A stretch of DNA of 64,000 nucleotides from Owenia fusiformis (taxonomy: Eukaryota): NCBI GenBank assembly GCA_903813345.2, contig CAIIXF020000001.1:10664001-10728000 (forward strand). The letters run 5' to 3'. Of this stretch, positions 13,101 through 28,100 are shown piece after piece. Under the pieces are notes generated by a model. The model was given only the letters and a program-made list of their open reading frames with translations. It did no database searches and was not told the DNA's origin. The number at the start of each line of letters is the position of its first letter. Position 1 is the first letter of the stretch. Both the position numbers and the translations under genes were made by a program.

Positions 13101-16100
13101 GTAATATAGGAGCCAGTCCTTCCAACACCAGCACTACAATTACAATAAACAATTACAATTTCAGTAGAACAATAACAATTACAGTAAAACAGTTACAATA
13201 ACAGGACAACAATATACAATGACAATGTTATTTTGGTACATGATAAAATAATGCAATGTATGACATAAGTATTTATGACAGGCTGATTATGTCAATATTT
13301 GCAGCCAATCATTGAAGGTTTACAAAAGTCCTTACAGATGTCAAAAAAGTGCTCCAGTCCAATCAATGTTTTGCTTAACATACAGGGTGGTAAAAAAACG
13401 GCACATGTATTTTCCTCATATCTTTGTCATTTTAGGAAATTTTTCCCGATATTTTACGCAATAGTACATCATTCAATCTCCTATCAGCCTACCATATTTC
13501 ATGACCATCAGACTAAAATGTTACAGCACTTTAAACAAGATGCCCAGGTGTGGCCATCACCGCACTTAGGCAAACCTGCACAAGTAGTCTATGACCCAAC
13601 TGCAATCCTCAAAGAGGTATAGCCTGAATGACAATTATGACCTCCTTTTTGAAGTCTGTAAGTGCCCTGAGGTCATTTTTGTACACTTCATCTTTGCCAT
13701 ATCCCACAGGTCGAAGTCAAGTATGAACATTTTGGATGAGGGTGCAGGTTTGCCTACAGCGCAATATTGGCCTCTGGGGCATGATGTTCAAAGTGCTGTA
13801 ACATTGTAACTATCAATCTGATGGTCATGAAATATTGTAGGCTGGTAGGAGATTGAATAATGTACACATGTACCAAATATCACTCATCTAAAATGACAAA
13901 GATTTGAGAAAAATAACAGCAGGGTTGCCGTTTTATTTGACCACCCTGTACAATCAGAGCCATATAAAGATCTTTATTGTAACTGCATGTATTTAAATTC
14001 TGTATTTATATTTGTATCATGTAATTGAGAAGCATTCAAATTAGTAACTATGCTATTTTGCTAATCTGAATAAATATAGTATTATAACATATAAAGATAT
14101 ATATAGTAAAAGGGGAGGAACTATTTCTCCCAGGACCCTCTCTTTCTGTGGCTTACCTGCAATGTACCAGTAATCTGCCCTTGTTATGTTCAGCATATGA
14201 ATTTACTTTACGTCGCAGACCCAGCAGTGACGTGGCATTTGGCACACCATGGTCCGGCCATGACGTAAACAGGAAGTGGTGAACGTGTCTAGCTGTCCCA
14301 CCCTGAGGAAATAGTGAATGTGCATGAATATACATAACAGAAGCACATACTTTTATTTTCGTATCATATCAACATTTCCTTAGCCAAAAGACAGACACAG
14401 CAAATAAAAATTTGACCTGGGTAGGACTGGAAACTTAGTCTAGGGAGAAAATTTCTTTCATTCAGGAGATGACAGATTCAAAATTTGGGAAATTCATATT
14501 AATACACTTTACAGAAAAATATGGTGTTAGAAAGGTAATATACTCGACTTTAAGAGTCATAATTACCTTTGCTACCTCCCACAAAACACTGCTTCCAATA
14601 TCACATTAAATGTTGTATAATAAATTCAATATATACTCACTCTTTTAGAAATAGCAAATGTCCTTATGATAAAGTCTGAGAGTTGTTGTGTTTCAGCTAG
14701 TTCCACAGTGAATTCGCCATACTCAAGAGAACCATCATCTGGCCAATACTGCTCACACTTTTTCTATAATGATGACATGATGTTTAAATATGGACAGTTG
14801 AAATAATAAATCTTGCTACAAGTAGTGTTGTCGCGATTAATCGATACATTGCGATATACATCGCCAAAGCTGATTCTGGCGATGCATCGATGTCAGAAAC
14901 AAAACATCGATGTTTTTAAAAAAATTTAGTTTGCTTAAAATCACCCTTTCTTATCTTATTTTGACGCAAATTGTTTACCTTTCTCATGTCTTTTTTCATT
15001 TTCCAATGTTTTCTGATATTCTTTCACTTTAAAACTGTTTTAAATAGTCGAAATGAACCATTAATCTAAAAAAATTACTTTACTTTCATTTCACCGTTAC
15101 TAGAAGTTCCCGGATTTACCACCGTACTCTTATTAATTTGTTCTGTTTGGTATTATAGTGCATTAGCGTTTGGTATTTCAGTGCACTTTTCTCGCCGACT
15201 TTTTCTCGATGTACATCGCAATGTGCATTGATGTTTACTACTGAAAATTGCCGATGCATCGATGTACGATTATGGCACATTGCGACAACACTAGCTACAA
15301 GCCCTTGTGACCCCCCCCCACAATACAACTCTCCATAAGTGGCGGAATAGAAGGGGTCTAGAGACTTGAAACAAGTCTAGGCTATATCTACAGTACAAAT
15401 TTCTTCCTTTTGATGACTGCAGGTGTATCATGGATTATCATACTAAAAGTGGACTGAAAGTTATCTAATATAAAATCGAAAACAGATCTACAATTCAGAA
15501 AATCTCAACCTCTCTATTTTTGGGTCATAATTAAAGTTGAACTGACCTTCCCATTCTCTACTAAGTTGGTAACCATGACGATCCTATTGCAGTTCTCCTG
15601 CCATACAAGTCTCCACATGTCAATAGCTGTGTACTTATTAGGCCCTGCAATATGTATACACAACATAAGTTACTATTGCAGTTCTACTGCTTTTAAAGCC
15701 TCCATGAGTCCATGTGTTCTTTTTATCCTTTGTATTATGAATCTTATACTGATTGTCATCCTAAATATGATAATCTCCCACTAAATGTCAAGGTCACTTT
15801 AAGATATACTTACAATACATACATAAATCTAATCTTACCCTGTGAAGCAATATATCCAGTGTTGCCTTCGTAGCCCTGCAAACAAAATAGAGGTGAATAC
15901 AAACTTGGTGATATGCACAATTTTTTAATTGACAAAAAACAACAGCAATCATATACTGTGGTTAATATATATGTTAAACAGTTATGACAATTCATCAAAT
16001 GTTGCGATTAGTTCACAATCAACGTCACAGGATAGGATTCAATTCATGAAATCATAAACGTAATAAATCGGGCTGTTTCAAAATAAACTTTTCTACATCT

Positions 16101-19100
16101 ACTCATGGAATGGATATTAATATTTATGATCTACAAACTTATCAAGAGCATAATTAAGTAATAATTAGTAAATTTCTACCACACTATTGGTCTAAGTCTA
16201 CAAGCTGGAAAAGTAGTCTAAAATTATGCAGCATTCTAATGTCTGTGTGGGACCTACCCCCACAGGGAAGGGGCAGGAATTTGACGAGCATTATTGTCCC
16301 AAAGGGCGATTTTGACATGTAATTTGACCCGGGAGTACAAACTTGTGAATTGCCCTTGTAATTGGAGTTTTGCCTATATCCGACCAGCTATTATTGCTCC
16401 CAGTGTGTGGATATTGACTAGGAAATTTTACAGCCCAATTTTTATTTTGCCAAAATACCCATCCCTTCCCTAGTGGGGTTCTCACATAAACCTTTGAATG
16501 GTGCATTAGTTAAAATAATTAGTTTTTTAAGCATCATAACATGTTATTTCCATGCATTATTTTCATGCAATTAGTATGTGACATTATTGAAGCCATTCTG
16601 TGACTTAAGTCTTCTGTTTTCCGTGAGTTAACTGAAAGCTGAAATATAAATTGTGATTAAGTGAAAAAATTAATAAGTAGAAGAGTATTAATAAAATGAA
16701 CAGGTGTCAACATGGTTTTAATATTAAAGGTGCAACAATAATTTTTTTAATTCATTTGATTCAACATTTTGTTACAACAAAATGTTATTTTCTTTGTTTA
16801 TTGCACAATTAACAAGGGCACCAATGAATTATAATGTCAACATTGTCATTGAATAATTCAGAAACAGGCAAACCATTTTCTACACAAGATGGAGATTGTG
16901 AAATGAGACAATTGAACAAGTTAACAATCCAGGATTATGAAGAGAAAAGGAATACGAAATGTTGAGATATGAAATCCATTAGAAGGTATTAGGAGTGGAA
17001 ATCCACAGTTCATCTTGATAATACCAAATATTTTTTAACATTTTAGGCAATAATTGAAGTAATTCCCCTGGGAATATATGCTCTAATGTAGAATATGAGG
17101 CTAATAATGGGTACCTGATGCCATCCACTATTAGAAAAATCTATAAGCTTCACGGGGCACCAAAAGTTAAGTATCCACATATAATGTTAAGTGGTGATGG
17201 TAGATGACATAACATGGTGAAGGTGAAAAGCAAGGTGACTTCCCAATTAATAAATTTCACAGTGATCTCCTTAATGATGTTAAAAGCACACGATTGTCAC
17301 GATAGTCCCTGAAAGCCTATGTCACGTCACACAGAGAAAATGTCACACATAGAATATGTGAGGTAGAACATATCACACCCTTTACCAGAGGGGCAGCCTA
17401 GACTAGTAAATCTAGAGACCCATCTTTCTATATGGAGGAGTCCATATAGGATCCTTTGTATACAAACCTTGATGTAACTAGCATTCACATAATCAGAGTC
17501 AGGATCGTCATCTTCCTGTTCAAGGATGACTCTACTGTGGTCATCTATGGGGGAAATATGGGGGAAGAAATCAACATTAGTTTCAACTCCTATATGAATG
17601 TTACAATATATGTACAGGCTCAACAGCAAGATCATTCAAGGGAACATATGGTGATAAAACATATACTGTCTGAACACTATATACTGTAGATATTGGATAT
17701 TATTCCATGGTTACATGGATATAGATCGTATATCAGGTGAAGATTTATTGATATATGGATCGATTAGATATTATATTTTAGCAAAAAATCCCCAAACAAT
17801 CGAATATCACTTCTCAAAAAGTGATAGGATACTCCTATAATAGTATTATGTTATTTCATCACCATAATTTCTCCTCAAAAGTCACCATTTTTTCTTCTTT
17901 TCTCATTTCATCATAGAATGATTATGGCTATTGGGCACATGCTTAATCTGGCAATACATGCAGGAATGGTTGTTTCATTTCATTTGAGTTAATGTGGGGA
18001 ATGGGATATCTACAGCAAATCAGTATCTAACTAATAAACAGATCAAAGAGTTGCATCTAGGATTGAATATAGAATGGGAACTCATTGAAGACAACAGTCA
18101 TCTTAAATTGCTAGTTCAACAATTGACTACTCCATTCATGTAATTATATAAGTCAGCATCCATGGGTTATATCGAACAATAAATAAAAGCACAACATCAT
18201 TTTTGTATATATCATGTCATAGTTCTTATTTATGCCTTGAACAAATTAAAGAACCATTCAAATATTCTTGGCAAATAAACTACAGAATTAAAGCGAATTA
18301 AATGGTACTTACATGCTATAATGTTAATAAATCTGTTTTTGTTTTTGTTTACATCCCGTGATGCCACTTCTGTAGGCTCAGTTAGGTCAAAGGGTATGCT
18401 CTAAAACAAAAAGTATTAACCATTAAAAACTTCAAAAATGATGTGTAATGCAATAGATAGGTTTACAAAATTGAAGAATAATGACAATGTAATTTTAATT
18501 TTACATTTTTTTCTTATTAATTTGATAAATGTTCCTGTATCAAAATCAAATAATTTTAATTTTCACATTGTGTCAAGTTAATTGATCAAAAACCTCATTG
18601 TGTTTGAAATCATAATTTACATTCATGAACATATGTCTCGTTTTCTAAAGCATGACATAAGGTATTCTTATGAATCATCCAAGGTCCGATCTTGTGTCTT
18701 TCATTCTTACATTATACTCCTTCTCAAAGAGTTCAGCTTTATTCTCCTTCTTGTGTTTGATATACTCCCAGAGTTCTTCAACTGGAATGTCATGATTCTC
18801 TCGTCTTATGGCGCTGGCATCACTCCCAACGCTGGTGACGCTGACCCCACTTTTGTTACTGATTCCACTTCTGTTACTGGGTTGCCTTGAAACGTCCTCT
18901 TTAACAAAGGTGGGATTGTCAATGCCTGACATGGCAGAGTTATGTTTGCCATTGGCATCATGCGCAGTTAGTCTGCCATTTGTCCTTGACTCTTGCGTTT
19001 CATGCATTTCTGGCATCTCAACTAGAACAGATAGGTTAGTAATAGAGAGTTAAAGTGGAGATGAGATGATGTGCAGGTAATTGAAAACAATATGCTCCGT

Positions 19101-22100
19101 GTAGTATATCACAAAGCATGCTCCCAGTAATATATCACAAGTGATCAGTTAAATGGATTATAAAGTAAGTCCATAATGTATTCTAGTAGTTAATTAAATT
19201 TGTGACATTAGTAACGATATCTTAATGAAATCAAACATATTTTTGATCACTCAATATCGTTCACTATCATTCAATATCATTCAATAACATTCCAATTAGG
19301 CTAGAGATTCTATAATTCATATCTACATGCGCACTTAATTAATTCACATTTGTTCAACATCTAAATAATCTTAATAACAAATCAAAATAAACAACACAAA
19401 AAAATGCAAATGCAACGATACACTGAAGAGACGATGCAACACAAAATGTTACAATAAAAATTAAAACATTCACAAGAATCAATTGCACAATGTATTCTAC
19501 TCAAACGAAGTAAAAGCCCATGACAACTTTTTTTCTATTCTCATAACTTTTGTAGATAGTTAGTGGGGTCTTGTTTTCCACATTTTATTTGACAATGACA
19601 ATGATCATACATGTTTGATACATGATACATGTTCACAACATCTAATGAACATTTACATGTTAGATATCGACAGGTTAGACATTGGTCTTTAACTTTTTTT
19701 TAGTAGTATAGAAGTTTATACAATAGAGTTCCATACAATATAATGAAGTACAATAAGAATCAGTCACACTACTATAACAGATCAACTGGGACAAGATAAC
19801 CCAGAAGAATAAATAAAAAGATCAAAAACCCAAAATAAAAAATACTGGTAATTATACAAAAAAATTATGAAAAACAACAGTAAATATGCCTGAAAACAAG
19901 GCCTATTTGACAAGTTTTACACAACACATTTTATATAATAAACATATTTCAGCAAAAGAACTGCAGTTTTGCCATTGTATTAACTATACATGCAGGGACT
20001 TACAGAAATATTGTTGGATGAATCCTGTAGAAATTAGAGGAGGTAAAGCATAGGAAAACACAAGTATTACTATTTATACATACAGGTTAAAGGAGAAAAA
20101 CATTTAATGTAACATGAATGGTACTTAGAATACCAACATTTAGTATGGAACATGCATATTTGACTTTTTCTTCACACAAAGTATTTTTAATATTTCCTAC
20201 AGATTCAAAGACACGAAGACACTAACCTCTAAGAATTTCTTCAATTTTGCAAATAAAATAGAGTTTTCTGCAAAAGAGTCAAGTTGTACCACTCTCTATG
20301 TTGGTTTAAATAAATGTGTAACTTACTGCTTGCGTGTCTGTTGGCTCCATGCATTGAGTCCCTCTGATGGACGTTCAATGTTTTGACATTCTTGGTATTT
20401 CTTTCTTTTCTTTTTCTCTCCCTACAATTCCACACACAGTACATTAAAAAGGGGGTTCAATGTACTTATATTATAAAAGAAATTAGAGATCTATAATTTA
20501 GGAATAAAGACCGAGATTTAATGATTTATGGCGTAATATATGACCACCAAAATCGTAAAGCTATTGTGACGTACACACTCCATATATAGAACAGTTATCA
20601 AATTTCTAGCCATTGTGACATCACAAAGCATATTAGAATGTAGTAATAAAGCTAACCTCTATAAATGAAAATGGTGTCTTTCTGTTTTTTTTTAGTTCTT
20701 CTTATGCATGAGTCACGAGCTATTGTTTTCGTCCACTTGTTTTTAATATTACAATCATAGCAAAGACCACAATTATATATACTCTAGGGGCGAGGAGGGA
20801 AATTCTCAATAAATGGAGTATAGTTGGTTTGGCAGCATTTTCAGTTAGGGGAGAGTCTTGGATGAAATTTCCACCTAGGTGATAGCTTCACAGAGTGGTA
20901 GGAAGTTCTTTTTTTTGAAGAGTTAGCCCCCTACCCCACAAAAACACCCCACCCCGGGGAAAAAAATTATTCACACTAAATAACCTTAGATATTTTGATG
21001 TGTGTAAGTGACATACATAGATATTATATATATGAATCATTTGCAGTATAATTGATGCTGATTACTCCTAAAAAAATTGAATATTAGTACAAAGTGTGTA
21101 CCCCAGGGGGCAAATTCGTGACCCATTTCCTTACTATTTTGATCCTAACTTTTCAACTAGACACTGTAAGAGGTTGAAAAAATTCATGTGAAGTGCCCAA
21201 TAGCAGGGTTAGTAACCCTGAGAGATGCAAAGCCATGGAAGAGTTAGGAGCTGAGAAAAAAATTGTTGATTTTTCGAAAAATTTGACATTTTTGACAACT
21301 GGATTTTGTGTATGACTATAGCTGACCCCTATAGTTACTGGATCCATCCCTCTATGATGATATAAATGGTTTTATAGTGTAGAACTAAGATGTAAAACAT
21401 AATTAAGATGGGTTTTAAGGAAGTTTAAGGTTTTAAACAAGTCCAAAATTTGAAAAATTGTAAATATAAGGTTTCAAATTTACGAATTCCAGGTAGAGCC
21501 AAGGCAGACCCCTATAGTTTCTAGATCCATCCCTCTATGGTGATACTTATGGTATTGCTGTATGGAACTAATATGTAAAACACAATTTAGATGGGTTTTA
21601 AGGAAGTTTAAGGTTTTAAACAAGTTCAAAATTTGAAAAATTGTAAATATAAGGTTTCAAATTTACGAATTTCAGGTATAGCCATGGCTGACCCTTATGG
21701 TTTTTACATCCATACCTCTATGATTAAATATACAGTTTTAGAGTGTGGGACTAAGATTTAACATACCCAAAATGAATTTTAAGAAAGTTTAAGGTTTTAA
21801 ACAAGTCAAAAATTTGAAGAATTGTAAATGTAAGTTTTCAAATTTATGAATTTCAGGTATAGCCAAAGATGACCCTTATGGTTTTTTTTACATCTATACC
21901 TCAGTGATGAGATATATATTTTTAGAGTATTTAACTAAAATGTAAAAGATGCATAAGATGAGTTTGAAGGAAGTTCAAGGTTTTAAACAAGTGCAAAATT
22001 TGAAAAATTGATTTCGAAAATTGGTCTCAAATTCACGTTATTCAGGTACAGCCTTGAATGAGCCCTGATAATCGAAGGTTATGAGCATAATAGTAACAAC

Positions 22101-25100
22101 TGTGATATCATAGCTTAGAGACCAGGTGTAGAATATATGCCTGTTGCAGCAGTTAGTCTGCTGCATATAGATGGAGTGAGAAGTCATGAACTACTGTAAA
22201 ATCTTTCTAATCTGAATGCTACTAGATATAGTATTTGGACCAGCTAAAAGCGTTCAAATTAGAAGTGTTTGAATTTTGAGGTTTTTACATCTGCAATATT
22301 CTGGATTTTGAAGAAATATGAATGCATTCTCAATGAAAAATATTAATAAATATTAATAATATTTATACTGACCACCCAAAAAGCTTAATAGCATTCCAAA
22401 ATCCAATTCAAAAGTTTTGATATCATAACAATTCAGTGTTAAACTGACAATATTTGAGCAATTTTGTAAGAAATATGTGATATTTGGTATAAAAAAGCTC
22501 AAGTTAAACAGGTTGATTTTTCAAATATGAGTGTTCACTGTTCGAATTAAGAGGTGTTCAGATTTCAATTTTTAAACATAGGAGTCAATGGGAGGAAGGA
22601 AAAATTGAACTGGGGAAAAGTGTTCAGATTGGTTGGTTTTCAGATAAGTCAGGTGTTGGGATGATTGGTAGGTGTTCACAATAGTCAGATGTTGGGATAT
22701 ACAGGTTTCACTGCTGATATATCATTTATACAAGATGATGAACTAGAACTACTGTACTAGGTGCCTTTGATAATTTTTACCACAATGTTATACTATGTCA
22801 GGAAAAGAAAGCACCCATGACACTGTGCTTGTACAACTTGAAAATCAACAACACTTTAACATTTGATAAAGGTGTCTACCAAATGAGTAATCCACATAAA
22901 TTCAAAACAAGCACTTGGCATGCTATTCCCTATGATCATTAGTTTCATTAGTTTCTCTAGAATCTAAAATTGACCTTGGGTTTATGAGAGTAGTAAATTG
23001 GAATGCAGTTATATGGAATATTGAATTGGCTGGAATTGGACACACCTTGCCTAGAAATGTGTGAGTAAACTATGATCTTATATGGATACAAACAGTTCGT
23101 TTGACAATGATCATCTATCTTATCCTGTAAAATCAGAACCTAAAAAGGGGTTTGAAATGGAGATCGATGAAACCATACCACAAATTGATAAAAGTTTCGT
23201 GATTGATGCAATGGCTATGACAAAGGGAAAATGAAGATTAACTTATATGTTGAAATTTGGAGAGTTTTGGAAAGCTATATTTGACTACTCCATCAAATCT
23301 AGTAAAGGAGCCCAAAGAATAGATTTCATATTAGACTTCAAGCTAGTTGTCTCCATCAGTAAAGGATTCTGAAAGAATGCGAAGAATGGATGCTTCCCCT
23401 ATTGAACTTTAATCCATAGAAGAAAATACACCATTACCTAAAAATATGAATGCCTTTGTCCAAGTAATATAAGACAAATTTTCAAAGATTACAAAGAAAT
23501 TCAATAAAGCACACGGTGACCAAGAGTTAACAGTGCAAATCGGCCCGGTCGTGTTTTTTTAAACTCTTTAGTCGTGTTTTGTTGAAAATTTGAGAGGTAG
23601 GTTGATAAATTTGGTCATGAAATTGCTGTCACTTGACTTTATGTAAAAGTAAGTAATTTATATTGCTTTCCATACTATATATCTTAACTTCAGGTATTCG
23701 TAAACGTGTTATTTGCACGAATCGTATGTTATAGTCTTGTTATATCGGGAAATGAGCAATTCTGTCAGTGTTATACATATTTTTTGCCTGAAAATCACTT
23801 GCCTGACTTGTATTCAATGAATACATCGATTCGTAAGGAAAGCATTCACAATATGTGCGAAAATCAAAAATTAGAAGAGCTTAAATAAGTAGCAATTGAC
23901 CGAATAATATTTTTTAGATTAAACTCTTTAGACGTGTTTAAAAGATTGCGGTTAATGACGTTGACCTGTTAGTGAAACATTCTAGACGTGTAGAGACATT
24001 GAGGTTTAACGATTTGGAAGTGGGAAACGGCACAATTAACATTATGTATTTCCCCAAAAATGATCACAATGTGGAAGAAGTTGTTGTCTGAGTGACACTA
24101 TCTTAATTATAAATGATTAACAATAATCAAATGTACGACATAATATGTCAAGATTGATCTATGGGATCATTACCGAATTTGATACTTAAATCAAAATGGT
24201 TAGAATCAGACACGCATGGTTAATGCAAGCGAGCTTTGCCTCGTCGCTCGTCATTTTGAAAATTTGACCAGTCATATTATTTTTTAATTGCCCTGTCGCT
24301 CATTAAATGGCTCGTTGCTATTTTTGAATTTGCCTCAAATACGTTTTAAAACGTCCCTATTGGCCTTAAACTCACTTTTCCCTGTCATGAACGTAAATAA
24401 ATTTATTTAAAATGAGAGGAAATGTTTAGTTTGTGATGCACTACATGTAAATGCATATATATGATCACCTAATGTAAGGAATAACTCCACCGTTATTAAA
24501 ATCGTATGCTCAATATCTATTAGGTTTGCCTCAGGATTTTTAACAATTTGATTCGATGTTATTCCCTAATTCGCCTCACACAATGCAATACAATTTCAAT
24601 TTTAATTTTCAAATTGCAATAGGTTAAAAACGCTACATATACTGCTATCGTTCTATGAGTGATCAATGAACTGTACTGTAACATAGTTTTCTAGCGAATT
24701 AAATTACAACATCTGTTGATCTTGTTAAATCATATATCTGTCTTTTTTATTTATTCTTATTTATTCATATCTTGACTACAAATTACAATAAACGGGTGAC
24801 ACATAATGTATATTCCCGTGTTTAGTACTAATACGATTATTTTCAGAAGCACAGACAAATTATTAAGCAACAAAACATGGTTATGTGAACAATATTACAA
24901 GACAATTCAAAGTCGTTAATTTTATCACGTCTAAAACGTTATCTTTACAATTCCAAAACGTTAACATGCTTTTTATAAGACACGTCCATGACGTTATATT
25001 GTCCCTTCTCCATAGTTAACTCCACTTTCTACATTTACGGTCATTTATGGCAATTTTAAGATAAATACAGTTAAAATATTTACACGATCTTTAGAGTAGT

Positions 25101-28100
25101 GAATATTATTCCACGTTGTTGAATGGATTGTCTGTTTAAACTTGATTAAATAACACTAAATGCAAATTAAGTACATATTTCTGGCACTTTTGGTATATAA
25201 TTCCGATTGATATGAAGTATGATGGATTTATCCCCAAAATAGATTCGTGGGTATGAAGAAGAACATCTTAGGTAGAAGTCAAGATATGTAAGTTTGTAAA
25301 ATATAGAATATTCTTACCATTTTGCTCCATTCTATCGAATGTCGCATCCCATGTTCTTACAAAACACGACTAAAGAGTTTAAAAAAACACGACCGGGCCG
25401 ATTTGCACTGTTAACTCTTGGTCACCGTGAAGCAGCATTCTAAAAGTGTGCCAAATGTCAAGATTGTTTTAAGTGGAACTATTGGAGAGAACTCAAATAT
25501 CTGTGAAAATGATAACTGAAATCTCCTGTTAAATTCCACTCCTGAAGAGGCTGATTTTAAAATTATTCACTCTGTTTTACATTCAGCAGAACATGTGGGA
25601 CTGCAGTAATTTGCATCAAATGACACTGATATTATAATTTTATGACTATCATTTCAATAAATGAAAAAAATTCTTCAACTATGCTAGAAAATGTCATCTG
25701 CAAAGTCAGTATGTAAACATTTTCTACAATGTCTGATTGTTTGAAACATATTGATCATATCACCATATATACTTTTTTGATCTACATGAAGATTTTAATG
25801 TGACAAGACCCTTTTACCCTAGAGTTCCTTATATCATTGCACTAACGGAAGTTTCTAGGCCCGGGGGGGGGGGGGGTATGATCCTTATAATCCTTATTTT
25901 CCCAAATAATTACTGTTGCCTGATGACAAATTGTTTCATTGGGAGTGTAGTGATTATAATTTGATAATTCATAACAACATTTTGTATTAGGAGATGATCA
26001 TTGCTTAATTACAAAAGGGGCATAACAAAATATAGAGAAAACATGTTTCTTTTAATTAACCATGTCTTTATGTATTTTGATAATGCAGAACATTACATCG
26101 AACATGTTGATGTGAAAAAGTAAAAATGCTATATCACATAATAAATATCATCAAATAATAATTAATTAGTTATAATCCATTTAATCAATCAATTACTCAT
26201 GTTACTACACTGTATACAATATCCCTAGGAGCAGTTACACTTACTGGGGGATTTATTAACCTCTCACCCCCTTAGGAACTCAAGGGTTAAGTCCTCAACT
26301 CTAATGATATTTTTCTTTTAACAATACATGTAACATGGATCAAACCTGACCACAATATTTTCAATATCTAATTTCTAAGCTAAGTCATACATTCAAAAAG
26401 AGGGACATCCAGGGCTATACCTGAAATCGTAAAGGAGGACTGAAAGTATCGCAACAGATTTCAGCAATCATATGTTGGATTTTGGCTGTTTTCTGAGGAT
26501 TTGAGGAGGTGCATATGTTAGGCCAATGCATTTCCTCCAGGAAAAGCACCCATAGAGATGATAAAATAATTTCTATTTTGAGACAGGGAAGGTGCAAACA
26601 ACCCACCCACATGCATAAAGATATATGTGTATAACACTGTATATGTATAAATATATGTGTTTTTACATACAGTTAACCCAATGGATCACATGAGTTTTCC
26701 CTATGGGAAAATAACAGGAAAACATTGTTTTCCGCTTTATCTGAAAGAAATTTATCCTTTTAATGGTTAACTATGTCTCAAAATGCAACATATTGATGCA
26801 ACAAACATTGAAAAACCAGGGGTGAACGGGGTTGAAAATCAGGACGACATTTCCCAAAAAACATGTGGGTGGATTGTTTTCACCTTCGCTGTCTCAATTT
26901 CAAATTATTTTATCATCTCTAAGAGTTCTTTTCCTGTAGGTAATGCAATGGCCTATCATATGCACCTGCTTACATCCTCAGAAAACAGACAAAATCCAAC
27001 ATATGACTGTCTGAAATCTGTTGCGATACTTTCCGTGCTCCTTTGAGACCTGATATTTCTCAATTTTTCAAATATTGCACTTGTAAAAATTCTTAAACTT
27101 CCTTAAAATTCATCTTCGGTATGTTTTACATCTTAGTTTCACACTCTAAAAGTATATGTTTCATCATAGAAGTATTGATGAAAAAGCCATAAGGGTCATC
27201 CATGGCTATACCTAAAATTCGTAAACTTGAAACCTTATATTTACAATTTTTCAAATTTTGGACTTGTTTTAAATCATTAACTTCCTTAAAACCCATCTAA
27301 ATTATGTTTTACATCTTTAGTTCCATGCTACAAAACCATAGATATCATCAAAGAGGGATGGATCTAGAAACTATAGGGGTCAGCCATGGCTATAGCTTGA
27401 ATTCATAAATTTGAAACCTTACATTTACAATTTTTCTAATTTTGGACTTGTTTAAAACCTATAACTTCCTTAAAACCCATCTAATTTATGTTTTACATCT
27501 TAGTTTCACACTATGAAAGCATATATATCATCAAAAATGGATGGATCTAGAAACTATAGGGGTCAGCCATGGCTATACCTGGAATTCGTAAATTTGAAAC
27601 CTTATATTTACATTTTTTCAAATTTTGGACTTGTTTAAAACCTTTAACTTCCTTAAAACCCATCTAAATTATGTTTTACATCTTAGTTCCACACTATAAA
27701 ACCATAAATATCATCATAAAGGGATGGATCTAGAAACTATAGGGGTCAGCTATAGTCATACACAAAATCCAGTTGTCAAAAATGTCAAATTTTTCGAAAA
27801 ATCAACAATTTTTTTCTCAGCTCCTACTTCTTCCATGGCTTTGCATCTTTCAGAGTTACTAACCCTGCTATTGGGCACTTCACATGAATTTTTTCAACCT
27901 CTTACAGTGTCTAATTGAAAAGTTAGAATCAAAACAGTAAGAAAATGAGTCACGAATTTGCCCCCTGGGGTACACACTTTGTACTGATATTCAAATTCTT
28001 TAGGAGTAATCAGCATCAATAATACTGCAAATTATTCATGTATATAATATCTATGTATGTCACTTACAAACATCAAAATATCTAAGGTAATTTAGTGTGA

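Noticed and set aside
21153-27918. Two near-identical 64-aa ORFs on opposite strands (21153-21347 and 27724-27918)
   Set aside because: They are the mirror images of the transposon TIRs
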